A stretch of DNA of 64,000 nucleotides from a virus. Positions 9,266 to 19,001 of the stretch are shown piece by piece; position 1 is the first letter of the stretch; every line of letters starts with the position of its first letter. Made by a program: the position numbers and the translations under genes. The notes under the pieces are model-generated. The model was given only the letters and a program-made list of their open reading frames with translations. It made no database searches and was not told where the DNA came from. The DNA is taken from the IMG/VR virus record IMGVR_UViG_3300027741_000002, positions 65,507 through 129,506 of that record. One strand, written 5' to 3'.

Positions 9266-9549
9266 TACTTGTCACCCTTTGGACCAACCACACCTAGAAG
9301 CGTTGTTGGGCTCTTGCGCTTTAGGCGAAGGTTAGAGAACTCTTCCTTTGCGATAAGCTCTGTGCGAAGTGAGAAGAACCAAAGAGGTCCTGAGCCAGCT
9401 GCAATCAAGAACGCAGATGCTAGAAATGCGATGAGACTTGGATAGATAAAGAAAGATTGAGCGGCATACGGAATCCAAGCTAAAGCTAGGAGACGTAGAG
9501 CTACCGTATATCGGCGGTATTTATGTCCACGGAATGTGCTGATTTTCAT
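9265..9549 (-). CDS. Small membrane protein
   Basis: Two hydrophobic segments; GAAAGGA RBS. Confidence 0.6.
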   Translation of the reverse strand: MKISTFRGHKYRRYTVALRLLALAWIPYAAQSFFIYPSLIAFLASAFLIAAGSGPLWFFSLRTELIAKEEFSNLRLKRKSPTTLLGVVGPKGDK

Positions 9550-9695
9550 TTTGCGTCCTTTCGGTTACAGTGCTTGCAAGGATTCTTTTTTGCTCCTCGC
9601 GGTTTCTTTCCCCAACAGTACATACATACCATTTTCTGTTCCTTTCGTCGTTTGGCGTACAGGTTAATTATAACAGGTAGATCAGGATAATGAAA

Positions 9696-11090
9696 CTACC
9701 TAACGCGGAAGGTGTTTCTCAGACCAGGGATCTTTCGGCCAGCTGGAGACTTAGCCGTAATCTTTCCGCCTACGAATCCGGCTGGTGGTTTAATGAGTAG
9801 AGCGGTAAGGGCATGGACCAGCGCATCGACGCGGTCAGGTGATTTGCCTTCGCCTGGAATCCACGAGGTCATCTGGGACTCGAGGTCCGCTAGGTACCCT
9901 ATGTGGTGCACGCGGTTCTGCTCGTAAGCTAGCGTGATTGGCTCGGCTCGAAGGGCCTTGCCGTATTTGGAGTGAACCTCAAGTACCTTAACCGTTGGGT
10001 CAATCGTGTTGATGGCGTTGCGAACAAGCGCACCGCCTTGGTTTACCTCCGCGATAACGGGGCAACCCCACTTACGCGCCATGGCTACTACCTTGTTTGC
10101 CCACACATCCGGTGAGCCTAAGATTGAAGCATCCTCAAGTACCCAGCTCTGACGTTTGTAAAGATCTCTATCGGCCGTTGCAGCTACAACAACTATGCCG
10201 CATTCATCTCTTGGATTTTCAGCTACCGATGGATCAACACCGATGCAACGAAGCGGTGCGCCTTGTGGCATAACAAGTTCGCGTGTATTATCGATAAGTT
10301 CTACTGTCCAGAGTGCTCCCTCAACGTCTGAAAGCATCTCGCCGTAAAGTTCCTGCGCAGCTAGACGAGTTCCTTCGTACACTCCAAGAATTCCTTCCAT
10401 GTAGGCCGCAGAAAGGTTTCCGCTGTTGTCCATGGTTGAACCTTTAGTAATAATAACCTTGCCGGGATTTGTATCGGCCTCACGTAAAAGATCATATAGC
10501 AACGGCACGCGCTTCGGCGTTGTTGTAATCATAATTTTAGGATTTTGACCAAGACGAGTACCAATACGTAAGTTTTCAAATGCGGTAAGCCCAGCTCCAT
10601 CTGGAGTCTGACGCCAAGCGGCAACCTCGTCTCCCCAAGCATGCGTGAATTGAGGACCACGAAGAGAATCTGGCTCATCGGCAGTAAAGCATGTTGCCGT
10701 ATTGCCGTTAGGCCAAGTCAGTCTTCGCTTTGACGGTTCGTACAACGGACGCTCACTAGGAGGCGTTACATTGATAATACCTGATTCACCTTCAACGATA
10801 ACGTCTCGTACGTCAGCAGCTGTACGAGCTACCAATGCAAAACGGCGTTGACCGGTGTTTGTGTATTTAGCTTCTTCTCTTACCCACTCTGAAGCCGTAC
10901 GAGTTTTACCAGCACCGCGTCCTGCGAGGTACATCCATATGTTCCAGTCATCACCTTGAGGACGCTGTTGTTCAGGACGTCCCCAGAAACTCCAGTCCCA
11001 TTGAAGAGCGTCTGGATCTAGACCTGCTAGAACCTCTGCCTTTTCTTCATCAGACATTGCCGCAATGATTTGTGCTAGACTCTTTCCCAT
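9696..11090 (-). CDS. terL: Terminase large subunit
   Basis: Walker A AGRGAGKT, Walker B AWGDE, coupling motif TTTPK, nuclease motifs GVDPS and DRVDA. Confidence 0.95.
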   Translation of the reverse strand: MGKSLAQIIAAMSDEEKAEVLAGLDPDALQWDWSFWGRPEQQRPQGDDWNIWMYLAGRGAGKTRTASEWVREEAKYTNTGQRRFALVARTAADVRDVIVEGESGIINVTPPSERPLYEPSKRRLTWPNGNTATCFTADEPDSLRGPQFTHAWGDEVAAWRQTPDGAGLTAFENLRIGTRLGQNPKIMITTTPKRVPLLYDLLREADTNPGKVIITKGSTMDNSGNLSAAYMEGILGVYEGTRLAAQELYGEMLSDVEGALWTVELIDNTRELVMPQGAPLRCIGVDPSVAENPRDECGIVVVAATADRDLYKRQSWVLEDASILGSPDVWANKVVAMARKWGCPVIAEVNQGGALVRNAINTIDPTVKVLEVHSKYGKALRAEPITLAYEQNRVHHIGYLADLESQMTSWIPGEGKSPDRVDALVHALTALLIKPPAGFVGGKITAKSPAGRKIPGLRNTFRVR

Positions 11091-11120
11091 ATGTACTATG
11101 GTACCTTATAAAAGGAAAAG

Positions 11121-12044
11121 TTATACGGGTACGTTGCTAATATCTGAATATATTTCTGATACTACAGTTGCCCACACCTTTGGTGTGTGGTCGAAAGGTT
11201 GATAACCACCGGCTCCTCCAATAAGTACTCTGCCTCTTGCATGCTTGTTAGCGATGTCCGCAATGATGCGAGCAGCAGCTCGATACCCAGGATAATCAAA
11301 GTTAAGACCAGACAATGGATCTGAATGATGTGCGTCAGCTCCGGTAGCTAGAAGAATAACATCTGGCTGAATATCATCCGCAAGCAGCTCGATCTCTTGC
11401 ATCGCATCCAGAAATTCTACGTCACCATCTCCGTTAGCTAATGCCCAGTTGTATACTCCATTTTCTGGCTCGTTCTTAAGACCAGTTCCCGGGAAGATTC
11501 CACCTTGGTGGATACTTGCCGTAACTAGATTTCGATACGGGCGCAGGATATTCTCAACGCCGTCACCATGATGCGCATCCCAATCAATGTACATAGGCTT
11601 AAGCCCTGCAGCCATAAATAACTTAGCAACTAACGCCATGTCGTTGAATACACAAAAACCAGAGCTATGGTCATACTGCGCATGATGCTTAGCTCCTTGC
11701 GGATTGAAGGCTACCTGAGCTTCTCCTGAAAGAATCTTTTCATACATGCGAATAGTCCCCGCAGCCATCTCAAGAGCAACGGCTCCAAGATGTAGCTGGT
11801 CAGGATACCATTCACCGCAGTGACCTTTATCTAAAACCTTAGAAATGTATTCATCAGAGTGAACATGATTTAACAAGTCTCTGTCTGATTCAGACGCTGA
11901 TGGCTTAACCATTACTGGTTCTAAGTCTTTAAGAAGCTCTACCGCAAGCTTAGCACGAATTGGATTAGTTGGGTGACTACCGTCACCATTTCCTAGCTGC
12001 CAATCAAGATAGATATCGTCGTATGCGACGTGTAGCTTACTCAC
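11121..12044 (-). CDS. Zn-dependent histone-deacetylase-family (AcuC-like) hydrolase
   Basis: GAKHHA, SGFCVFND, YIDWDAHHGDG, SIH..FPGTG, GADAH..DPL, GGY. The likely GTG start at 12044 overlaps the phosphatase stop. Confidence 0.92.
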   Translation of the reverse strand: MSKLHVAYDDIYLDWQLGNGDGSHPTNPIRAKLAVELLKDLEPVMVKPSASESDRDLLNHVHSDEYISKVLDKGHCGEWYPDQLHLGAVALEMAAGTIRMYEKILSGEAQVAFNPQGAKHHAQYDHSSGFCVFNDMALVAKLFMAAGLKPMYIDWDAHHGDGVENILRPYRNLVTASIHQGGIFPGTGLKNEPENGVYNWALANGDGDVEFLDAMQEIELLADDIQPDVILLATGADAHHSDPLSGLNFDYPGYRAAARIIADIANKHARGRVLIGGAGGYQPFDHTPKVWATVVSEIYSDISNVPV

Positions 12045-12558
12045 TTGCTTTGTCCAACGTTCGAACATACGCTTCAAACTCACCGTTACATAAAACATAT
12101 GAGGTTCGCTTAGTACGAAGAAGCGTGATAGCTTCATCAGGAGTATAACCAGCTTTGATAAGAACAAGAGCCGCAGTTAAACCAGAGCGGTTAAGCCCAG
12201 CTTGACAACGAATTAAAACCTTCTTACCAGCCTTCCACTTGCTATGCGCAAATGAGACAGCTGTAGCTAGAGACTCTGAGTCAATATGGTCTACGTCTGA
12301 ATCATAAAAACCAAAGCGTAGTTCCTCAACCATCCAGTCAACTGGATTTGCCCATGCGTATAAAGTTACTACCGCATCGAAATCTTTCTTTGTGATTTGT
12401 TTAGGCGCGTCTAATACTGCTGACTCTTCAATTGTGTCCAGGTCATCAGTTCCGCCTACCCATAAACCAGGCAAGATCTCGCTGTGCAATGGAAAGTCCC
12501 AGCTGTCTAACTGATGTGCTGGTGCATATCCTTCGTTTGTTTCAATGAGCTTTGCCAT
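12037..12558 (-). CDS. Dual-specificity/tyrosine phosphatase
   Basis: SEILPGLWVG; active-site loop VLIRCQAGLNRSG (CX5R). Confidence 0.9.
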   Translation of the reverse strand: MAKLIETNEGYAPAHQLDSWDFPLHSEILPGLWVGGTDDLDTIEESAVLDAPKQITKKDFDAVVTLYAWANPVDWMVEELRFGFYDSDVDHIDSESLATAVSFAHSKWKAGKKVLIRCQAGLNRSGLTAALVLIKAGYTPDEAITLLRTKRTSYVLCNGEFEAYVRTLDKASE

Positions 12559-12628
12559 TGTGTTTCTCCTTTTGTCATTTTGTCATTTAATGGTACTATT
12601 ATATCAGGATAAGTTACCTGCTAGTAAC

Positions 12629-13195
12629 TTACTCTTCTTGTATAAACGTGTGGATGTTGCCACCGGAGTAGATGTCATGCTTGATAGCAATTTCTACTGC
12701 ACGGTAAACAATCTTCTCAGCTTCCTTTGCGGTCTTACACTTTTGATAGTTAAGAGCTTCAAGAACACCGAGAGCTAGATCCGAACCACTACCTGAGTGA
12801 TACACGTTTCGTTCTTCTCTGTCCCAAGAGTAGTCTTCGTAAATCGGATACAGAACTCCGTACACTGAGACAATGAACTCTGAGTCGTGAGCCGCAGCTT
12901 CACCGTCAGCCTTCATGTCGTAGCCAGACTCGACGAAAACCTTACGCATAGACGGAATAAATGTTTTCGTCATGAATACATCAAGGTCCTGTCCAGCTTT
13001 CGGACGAGGAGCTCTCCAACCAAATTGAAGTATGTTTGAGCCGCGTCCCGCACCAGACCCTGCAATTAAAATACCGTTATTCTCTACGACTTTATGCGTA
13101 GCCATTTCTAGGTAGCGACCACTTTCGTCAGACGAACGCGAATCACAACCAATGACGGACCAGCCGTCACCTTGAATTGCTACAAGTGTAGTCAC
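12629..13195 (-). CDS. Proteasome-beta/HslV-like Ntn-hydrolase threonine protease
   Basis: MTTLVAIQ (Thr exposed after Met removal), CDSR, conserved K in THKV, GSGS, AIKHDIYSGG. Confidence 0.85.
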   Translation of the reverse strand: MTTLVAIQGDGWSVIGCDSRSSDESGRYLEMATHKVVENNGILIAGSGAGRGSNILQFGWRAPRPKAGQDLDVFMTKTFIPSMRKVFVESGYDMKADGEAAAHDSEFIVSVYGVLYPIYEDYSWDREERNVYHSGSGSDLALGVLEALNYQKCKTAKEAEKIVYRAVEIAIKHDIYSGGNIHTFIQEE

Positions 13196-13266
13196 GGAAT
13201 TCCTCTCCAGGTAAAACGCCTATCCAGGCGCTAGGAAAACTGTATCCTAAGCGCCTGGACTACGTC

Positions 13267-13602
13267 TTACTTTACGAGATCAATTATAGCCACAGGAACA
13301 ACAATATCTGCTGATTCTGATTTACCCGTAATTGGGTTAATTTTTTCGAATCTTCCAACGGGTGTCTCCAGTCTTACAACAACCTTCTTCTGTTTCATCC
13401 CTGTCACAGTTGCCTTGCGGCCAACCATGTAGCGAGTCCCAGTTAGATCATTGAAGACCACCGTGTCACCGATGTGATAATCCGCAATTGTGCGTGAGAC
13501 ACGAGACGCCTTTAGGCGTGAATCTACCGCATCCTTGATTTTGACTAAGCCAGAATCAAATGTTCCTGACTCAATCTGAGATACAAGATCTTCGATATTC
13601 AT
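13267..13602 (-). CDS. Hypothetical protein (SH3/KOW-like beta barrel possible)
   Basis: Own promoter and RBS motif; IGDTVVF..GRKATVTGMKQKKVVVRL. Confidence 0.7.
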   Translation of the reverse strand: MNIEDLVSQIESGTFDSGLVKIKDAVDSRLKASRVSRTIADYHIGDTVVFNDLTGTRYMVGRKATVTGMKQKKVVVRLETPVGRFEKINPITGKSESADIVVPVAIIDLVK

Positions 13603-13647
13603 GTTATTCCTTCCGTCGCAGTTATAGTACTATTATATCAGGTTTTG

Positions 13648-13860
13648 TCAGGAAAGTACAATAGCTGCTTGGTCAGGGCAATACCCAAATAACTGAGCAG
13701 ACATCTGCATACTGGTCTTACCTGTATCAGTCCAGTCCTTGTAGACTCTCTTCCACTCGTTGGAAGAAGCCTTAGGATGATAAATTAAGCACTGGCAAGG
13801 AGACGTAGATAGTTCTTCCACAGCCCTTGTCTGCTCAGCTAATTGGTTAATCCAAGTCAT
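13648..13860 (-). CDS. Hypothetical protein
   Basis: TAATG-coupled to 13860..14102. Confidence 0.6.
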   Translation of the reverse strand: MTWINQLAEQTRAVEELSTSPCQCLIYHPKASSNEWKRVYKDWTDTGKTSMQMSAQLFGYCPDQAAIVLS

Positions 13861-14102
13861 TATGCATCAACCTCTGCACGGAAATAACCGATACCTTGCT
13901 CAGCTTGAGCTAGATCTTCTACCCAAGGTAGACGTTTACGCTCAGTGTCTAAGAAAGAACTAGCGTAGAGGACTGCCTCTTTTTTGGCAGGTCCAAGAGA
14001 TTTGAAAGCTCCACGGCGTGTTTCACCACTTGCAAGGTCCTTGACCTCAACTAGCCATGCAGCGTTAGGGGCTTTGCTTTTATGTAAGGTTGCTACTATC
14101 AT
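13860..14102 (-). CDS. Hypothetical protein
   Basis: GAAAGGA RBS. Confidence 0.65.
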   Translation of the reverse strand: MIVATLHKSKAPNAAWLVEVKDLASGETRRGAFKSLGPAKKEAVLYASSFLDTERKRLPWVEDLAQAEQGIGYFRAEVDA

Positions 14103-14190
14103 GATGTCCTTTCGACATTGTTAGGTGGGTAGTTTAGTGACTTGCCCAGGTCGTTCTGTAGCGGATTGGAGTACGTTACAGAAGTTTAAT

Positions 14191-14433
14191 TTATACGGCG
14201 TAAGCTAATTCGTAACCTTTGTTTAGTTTTTCTTGAACCTTCATGAATGCCATTTGACGTGCATAGAACTCGTCACGATAGTTCTTTATCTCATTCTGGC
14301 GGACTGGCTTTTCTGCCATTCCCCAGCTAGTGCGAACTACTGGACCATCTACAGTTACCTCGTAGATCTTACGCTTTCCGTTTGCTCCACGTTGACCATC
14401 GCTGGATTTTAGGAGACACCATTTCTTTTGCAT
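14191..14433 (-). CDS. WGR-domain protein
   Basis: KIYEVTVDGPVVRTSWG...KVQEKLNKGY. Confidence 0.75.
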   Translation of the reverse strand: MQKKWCLLKSSDGQRGANGKRKIYEVTVDGPVVRTSWGMAEKPVRQNEIKNYRDEFYARQMAFMKVQEKLNKGYELAYAV

Positions 14434-14515
14434 TTTGGATCCTTCCGTCGTTTTGTCGTTTTCACCGTTTCCGATGATAGTACTATTATATCAGGAAGAT
14501 CTAGGGAAGTATACC

Positions 14516-14788
14516 TTACTCGTCGGTAACATCTTCATCCGGCCACATCTCCGGGCGAAGGGCGTGTTCATATTGGTCACCGCGCCAGGAATTGGATGCG
14601 AACGAGATGTCTTCCTCCATGAGCTTATTTAATGAGAGGACTGCGGTATGACCCTCAGCCTCGAACATGATGATGAGCTTTGTGTCTGACTGTTCAGGGT
14701 CATCTACAAGCGCCACGGTGAAAGGCATCCCACCAATGCCATTTCGGTGAGTGTCCATATCTACGATTTCTAGCTTATCAGCATTCAT
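14516..14788 (-). CDS. Hypothetical protein
   Basis: ATGA-coupled; HRNGIGGMPF..NSWRGD. Confidence 0.65.
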   Translation of the reverse strand: MNADKLEIVDMDTHRNGIGGMPFTVALVDDPEQSDTKLIIMFEAEGHTAVLSLNKLMEEDISFASNSWRGDQYEHALRPEMWPDEDVTDE

Positions 14789-14945
14789 CGGTTCCTCTTT
14801 ATCTCTGGTCGTCTTTTTGAAATCTCATACTTGCTAACATCTACTCCTTTTTTCTTGAGCCAGTCCTTAGCAACTTCTTCATTGATGAATTCACCTAGCC
14901 ACTCACCTTGCTCATTAAAAACATTTACCAAATCATATAGTGAAC

Positions 14946-15548
14946 TCATTGGGCTACCGCACGATTCGTTTGTTTGATTGGCGAGTAGCATTTACTTTTA
15001 CCTGTTTTTGGAGTTAGGTATCCGTAACGCGCAAGACGGAATCTAAGAGCTCCGTGTGTCACGCCAAGACATTTTGCGAGTCGATACAAGGTTACACCCT
15101 CAACTGAATATACATGCCACACGAGTGCAGAGTATTCCTCAGCTTCCTTACGATACGTAGAATGGTCATAGCGAACTTTCTGCGCAAGAGGTTGAAGCTC
15201 AAGTAGACGAGCTAATGTTTCAGGTGAAGGTTCAACATACTCTGGATCTCCTGGGACTTCAATTTCTCTAGTCTCTAGCTCAGGCACAGGGAACTCACCG
15301 GGATTAGAAAGAATATAGACAATGTTAGCAGGAGACGCCATTAGCTGAATTTGGCGAATACGCTCACGAGTAAGATCAAGTGCAAAGGCAATTGACTCGA
15401 GGGTCCAGCCTTTTAACCGAAGAGCTTTAACGTACGCCGCGCGTAGGTCCTTATCAGTTGTCAAGTTAAGGGCAAGCGTAGTAACTGCCGGCATTGTTTG
15501 ATGCTGGTTAACAGATACTTGCTTTTTAACTCTAGGTCGTTTTTTCAT
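14946..15548 (-). CDS. Tandem HTH DNA-binding protein (sigma region-4-like first HTH)
   Basis: KGWTLESIAFALDLTRERIRQI; EGVTLYRLAKCLGVTHGALRFRL. Confidence 0.8.
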   Translation of the reverse strand: MKKRPRVKKQVSVNQHQTMPAVTTLALNLTTDKDLRAAYVKALRLKGWTLESIAFALDLTRERIRQIQLMASPANIVYILSNPGEFPVPELETREIEVPGDPEYVEPSPETLARLLELQPLAQKVRYDHSTYRKEAEEYSALVWHVYSVEGVTLYRLAKCLGVTHGALRFRLARYGYLTPKTGKSKCYSPIKQTNRAVAQ

Positions 15549-15954
15549 TTGTAATCCTTAGTCTATTGCTAGTGGGTCGCAGGTTGGGAGAGCATGTGTT
15601 CTCCAGTCAGTAAGAATCTGTTCAAGTACCTCGTGGTACTCATAGGGAAGATCCTCTGATACTTTTTTCATCATTGCATACCACTTTGCAGTATCCGCAA
15701 AAACGTTTTCATGTTCCTCTACGTAGTAGGCGCAGAAGTCACAGAGAGTTAGTTCGTCACTCACACAACCACCGGCAATTGATTCTTGATGCGTGCTTGA
15801 AGATCTGACACGCAGTGAGCAAGATGATGGAATCCTGAGTCCTGGCAGAATTTCTTTTCCTTGCCAAGTGCACGGATAATAAGTTCAATGTCTTTATCTG
15901 TAAGATCTTTAATGTCGATGTTCATGGTTTATCCTTCCGTCGTTGGTGAGTTAA

Positions 15955-16245
15955 TTATATCTTATCTGTTGTTAAAAGTACAGCCTTCTTGACAAGTTCA
16001 ACTACATCTCGGTTGAATCCACCGATGTTGTACTCCATAACTTCATCCATGTCAGGTGCGCCTAAGTCGTAGCGCTTCCAATCGTAGATTGTTGCAACTG
16101 AACCATCTGAAAAAGTGTGGACCCATTCAACAGTAACTTTATCTCCTGGGTAATAAAAAGTTGGTTCATCAAATGCTGAGATGAGATCTCGCATCGTGGT
16201 AGTGACATACCCTTGTAGGGATGTGCCATTTTTAATGTCATGCAT
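15955..16245 (-). CDS. Conserved phage hypothetical protein
   Basis: GTSLQGYV..LISAFDEP..DKVTVEW..ATIYDWK; own promoter and RBS. Confidence 0.7.
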   Translation of the reverse strand: MHDIKNGTSLQGYVTTTMRDLISAFDEPTFYYPGDKVTVEWVHTFSDGSVATIYDWKRYDLGAPDMDEVMEYNIGGFNRDVVELVKKAVLLTTDKI

Positions 16246-16286
16246 TTTCTTGTCCTTTCGTCGTTGATAGTACTATTATAACATGT

Positions 16287-16502
16287 TTACTTGTCGAAGT
16301 ACACTATTTCGATGAATTCTTTTGCCCAGCCTGTGAGCCCAGCTTCCATCTTGTTTTTGTGATGACCGCAGAAGAATAGCTCTCCGCTTTGGCCGACGAC
16401 TTTCCAGATTGCCTGAGCTGTCTGGCATGAATCACAAGGAACCCAACTGTAAGACTCCTGGGTTGTCTCTTCTACTACTTCTTCGGTAATGGTGGACTCC
16501 AC
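16287..16502 (-). CDS. Small CxxC..CxxH zinc-binding protein
   Basis: CDSC..GELFFCGHH; paralog of 36485..36691. Confidence 0.7.
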   Translation of the reverse strand: MESTITEEVVEETTQESYSWVPCDSCQTAQAIWKVVGQSGELFFCGHHKNKMEAGLTGWAKEFIEIVYFDK

Positions 16503-16538
16503 GTCTTCTCCCTAGCTCGTAGTTAGATAATACTTGGT

Positions 16539-16778
16539 TTAGAAGTTGTCGTTTGGGTCATACCAACCTTCGCGGGAGTTTTCCTCACCGCACTTGTTGC
16601 ACACCCACTCAGCAGTCCAAGTTATCTCGCCGTGCGAGTACTCTTCTATGCTAGGAACTTCGTAGCATGCGTCACATGTATCGTTGCCGCAATCGAGTTC
16701 TTGAACGCTTTCACTTTCGTTTGACCCGGCAATTTGAGGTTCAAATCCAGAAACTCCTGGTGGATAGTTGCTTGACAT
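16539..16778 (-). CDS. Small Cys-rich protein
   Basis: Start reassigned to the ATG behind the RBS motif at 16786; MSSNYPPGV..CNKCG. Confidence 0.65.
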   Translation of the reverse strand: MSSNYPPGVSGFEPQIAGSNESESVQELDCGNDTCDACYEVPSIEEYSHGEITWTAEWVCNKCGEENSREGWYDPNDNF

Positions 16779-16818
16779 GATGTGTCCTTTCGTCGTTGGG
16801 TTAATTATATCAGGATAA

Positions 16819-17016
16819 TCAGGAAGATTCAAGGACAGAGCAATCGAATGATAAGGCGATTCCTCTATTTCTTTCTTCGGCATTGGGCAGGTCGCTGACG
16901 TCAATCTCTTCGTCCATTACCTGTTGCATCAAAGCCTTAGCCTGCTCTTCGTTGTCGGCATCAAACCAAACCTGGTTCATTGCTACCTCATCGAAGCGAA
17001 ATGTAAACTTAGCCAT
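16819..17016 (-). CDS. Hypothetical protein
   Basis: Start reassigned to the ATG behind the RBS motif at 17024 (MAKFTFRF). Confidence 0.65.
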   Translation of the reverse strand: MAKFTFRFDEVAMNQVWFDADNEEQAKALMQQVMDEEIDVSDLPNAEERNRGIALSFDCSVLESS

Positions 17017-17067
17017 TAGTAATCCTTCCGTCGTTGTAAGGTTAATTATATCAGGTTTTCTTCCATA

Positions 17068-17117
17068 AAGTAAAATAAGAGTGGGACCAGCCCATGTCGA
17101 ATGAAAACTGGTCCCAC
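17068..17117 (-). terminator. Intrinsic terminator
   Basis: GTGGGACCAG/CTGGTCCCAC 10-bp stem followed by a T-rich tract on the minus strand. Confidence 0.7.
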
Positions 17118-17352
17118 AACTACTGGACAGGCGTCTCTCCCTCAACTCTTTGGGCCGACCTCAAAAGCTTTAGCCTAACTAAGCACCTTGCTTTACTCTT
17201 GGTAGAGTCTCTACGAATAACACTAAGCAATGCAGAGGTCTTATGACATACAGTTGCTACCCTTTCCGCACCTTACTAGCTTATTGGGAGTACTCCACCA
17301 TGTGGAACCCGTACGCCTTCAGGCTTGGTTAGTCCAATCCTTTTATTTAGTT
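17070..17352 (-). ncRNA. Candidate structured non-coding RNA (about 280 nt)
   Basis: Exact promoter copy at 17361, no GACGRAAGG motif, no credible sense ORF, several nested stems, terminator at 17081-17117. Confidence 0.6.
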
Positions 17353-17371
17353 ATAGTTGAATTATATCAGG

Positions 17372-17551
17372 TTATTCCCAATCTGTTAGGTATACTGCCT
17401 CGAAGTCAGCCAATGGGCGTTTCAACCCAACTGAAGCCATCTGCAGCATCCGGTCAACGTCCGCGCGCTTGCGCGCCCTAAACTTTGAGATACGTTCGCC
17501 CGTATGAACATCACGGATCTCCCAGATGCCGGCAGATGCATTTTTACTCAT
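17372..17551 (-). CDS. Hypothetical protein, 59 aa (not in ORF track)
   Basis: MSKNASAGIWEIRDVHTGERI...LTDWE; ATGA overlap with the upstream stop. Confidence 0.65.
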   Translation of the reverse strand: MSKNASAGIWEIRDVHTGERISKFRARKRADVDRMLQMASVGLKRPLADFEAVYLTDWE

Positions 17552-17919
17552 GAGAAGAACTTAGTCTCTGCTTCGTATGCTCTACGAAGCTTCTCCGCAA
17601 GTTCCTCGAGCTGTAACTGCCAAGGATACGGCAAAGGCAGGTTGTCACCTTCATCGTCCGTTCCACCGGTGAACACGATGTCACCCATAATGATGTCCGT
17701 CATGCCGAAGCTTTTCTCCCACATGTGCGTGCCGATGATATTTGGTTGCATGCCGTTAATAAGCTTGCCCTCTTCGTTGCACCATAGTGTTAGGTTGTCG
17801 TGCAGGTCAGCTGCTTGAACCAAGCCACCGACTGCTCCCTGGAGTTGTTCGAGACTGTCCACCTCAAGATCTAAGATCTCTGTGGTGAAGTCCGTGTTAA
17901 TTCGCAATGCTGTTTTCAT
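17548..17919 (-). CDS. DUF3846-like protein
   Basis: SLEQLQGAVGGLVQ..LWCNEEGKL..PN..IMGDIVFTG. Confidence 0.8.
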   Translation of the reverse strand: MKTALRINTDFTTEILDLEVDSLEQLQGAVGGLVQAADLHDNLTLWCNEEGKLINGMQPNIIGTHMWEKSFGMTDIIMGDIVFTGGTDDEGDNLPLPYPWQLQLEELAEKLRRAYEAETKFFS

Positions 17920-17922
17920 AGT

Positions 17923-18120
17923 TTACTCGATCTCTTCAATAAATTCTTGAACCGCATCTGTCACCGCGTCATTAAGTAAGTCGTGTAACTTGTCGAGTTG
18001 AGCTGCAGTAAAAGATTCAGCGGTGTACTCGTCGGTGTCACGCATGTAGTTCGCGTGGTCAAGAAAATCTTCGACTGTCATTGTGTAGCTGTATAGTACG
18101 TGATCTGCTGGGTAACTCAT
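17923..18120 (-). CDS. Acidic hypothetical protein
   Basis: Own promoter and RBS motif. Confidence 0.65.
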   Translation of the reverse strand: MSYPADHVLYSYTMTVEDFLDHANYMRDTDEYTAESFTAAQLDKLHDLLNDAVTDAVQEFIEEIE

Positions 18121-18186
18121 TGTGTATCCTTCCGTCGTTGTGTTGGTTTAATTATATCAGGTAGTGGGGAAGAAGTACAGGGTGCC

Positions 18187-18480
18187 TCAGCAGAGGCAAA
18201 CCCCGGACTTTGATGGTATTGTGAAACAGTTACCGCAGACTACCGGAGCTGGGGTTAGTGGTTTGTTTGAGTGTCTGTGGTGACTTGTCGCACCAATGTT
18301 AATAAGCTTTGTTGAGACTGAGTAGTAAGAGCGTCCTAAAACTTTTGCTATCTCCTTTATAGACTTGCCAGAGGCTTTCATAGTCTCAAGTTCGCGAGCT
18401 TCAGCTAAGGTCCATTCGGACCCTGTGTTGACCGCAGCCTCAAGGGAGCGGCTTTGAGTTTCAATAAGCCAGGTGTTCAT
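18187..18480 (-). CDS. HTH (Myb/GcrA-like) protein with C-terminal Cys knuckle
   Basis: WTLAEARELETMKASGKSIKEIAKVLGRSYYSV; CGNC..CLC. Confidence 0.7.
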   Translation of the reverse strand: MNTWLIETQSRSLEAAVNTGSEWTLAEARELETMKASGKSIKEIAKVLGRSYYSVSTKLINIGATSHHRHSNKPLTPAPVVCGNCFTIPSKSGVCLC

Positions 18481-19001
18481 TTGAATCCTTCCGTCGTTGT
18501 TATAGTACTATTATAACATGTATCTATTATAAAGTACAACACCTTCCGGAATTACTTTTTGTTGTTTTCAAACTCCCAGTAGCTTTTGGCTAGTTCGTAG
18601 AACATCTGGGCAAGACCTGGAGTAATCTCATAACCGATCTGCTCGCAGGCATCGCGGCAATAACCGTTCTCAAGGCTATCGTTAATCTCACCAACCGCGT
18701 CAGCAGCTGAGAAGATGTATCCGGTGTCGGACATCGTAAAGAATGTATCCATGCCCTCATGGGCAACGTAAATGTTGTTCATTATCCTACCTGCATAAGC
18801 TCGCCGCAATCGGCACACCAATATGAATCTCCAAGAATAGAGTCATCATCATACTCGTGGGTCCACTCAACGTGAGCGCACTTAACTGTGGTGGTACTCA
18901 TGTCTATCCTTTCGTCGTTTAGATGGGCAACCAGCGGAAGAAAGTCTGGTAGACTCTCGCCTACAGTTTCATATCCGCTGGCTGCGCGTAGTACTATTAT
19001 A

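Noticed and set aside
12045-12167. Long N-terminal extension of the deacetylase ORF
   Set aside because: It overlaps the phosphatase coding region; GTG at 12044 gives a normal-length enzyme with a coupled start.
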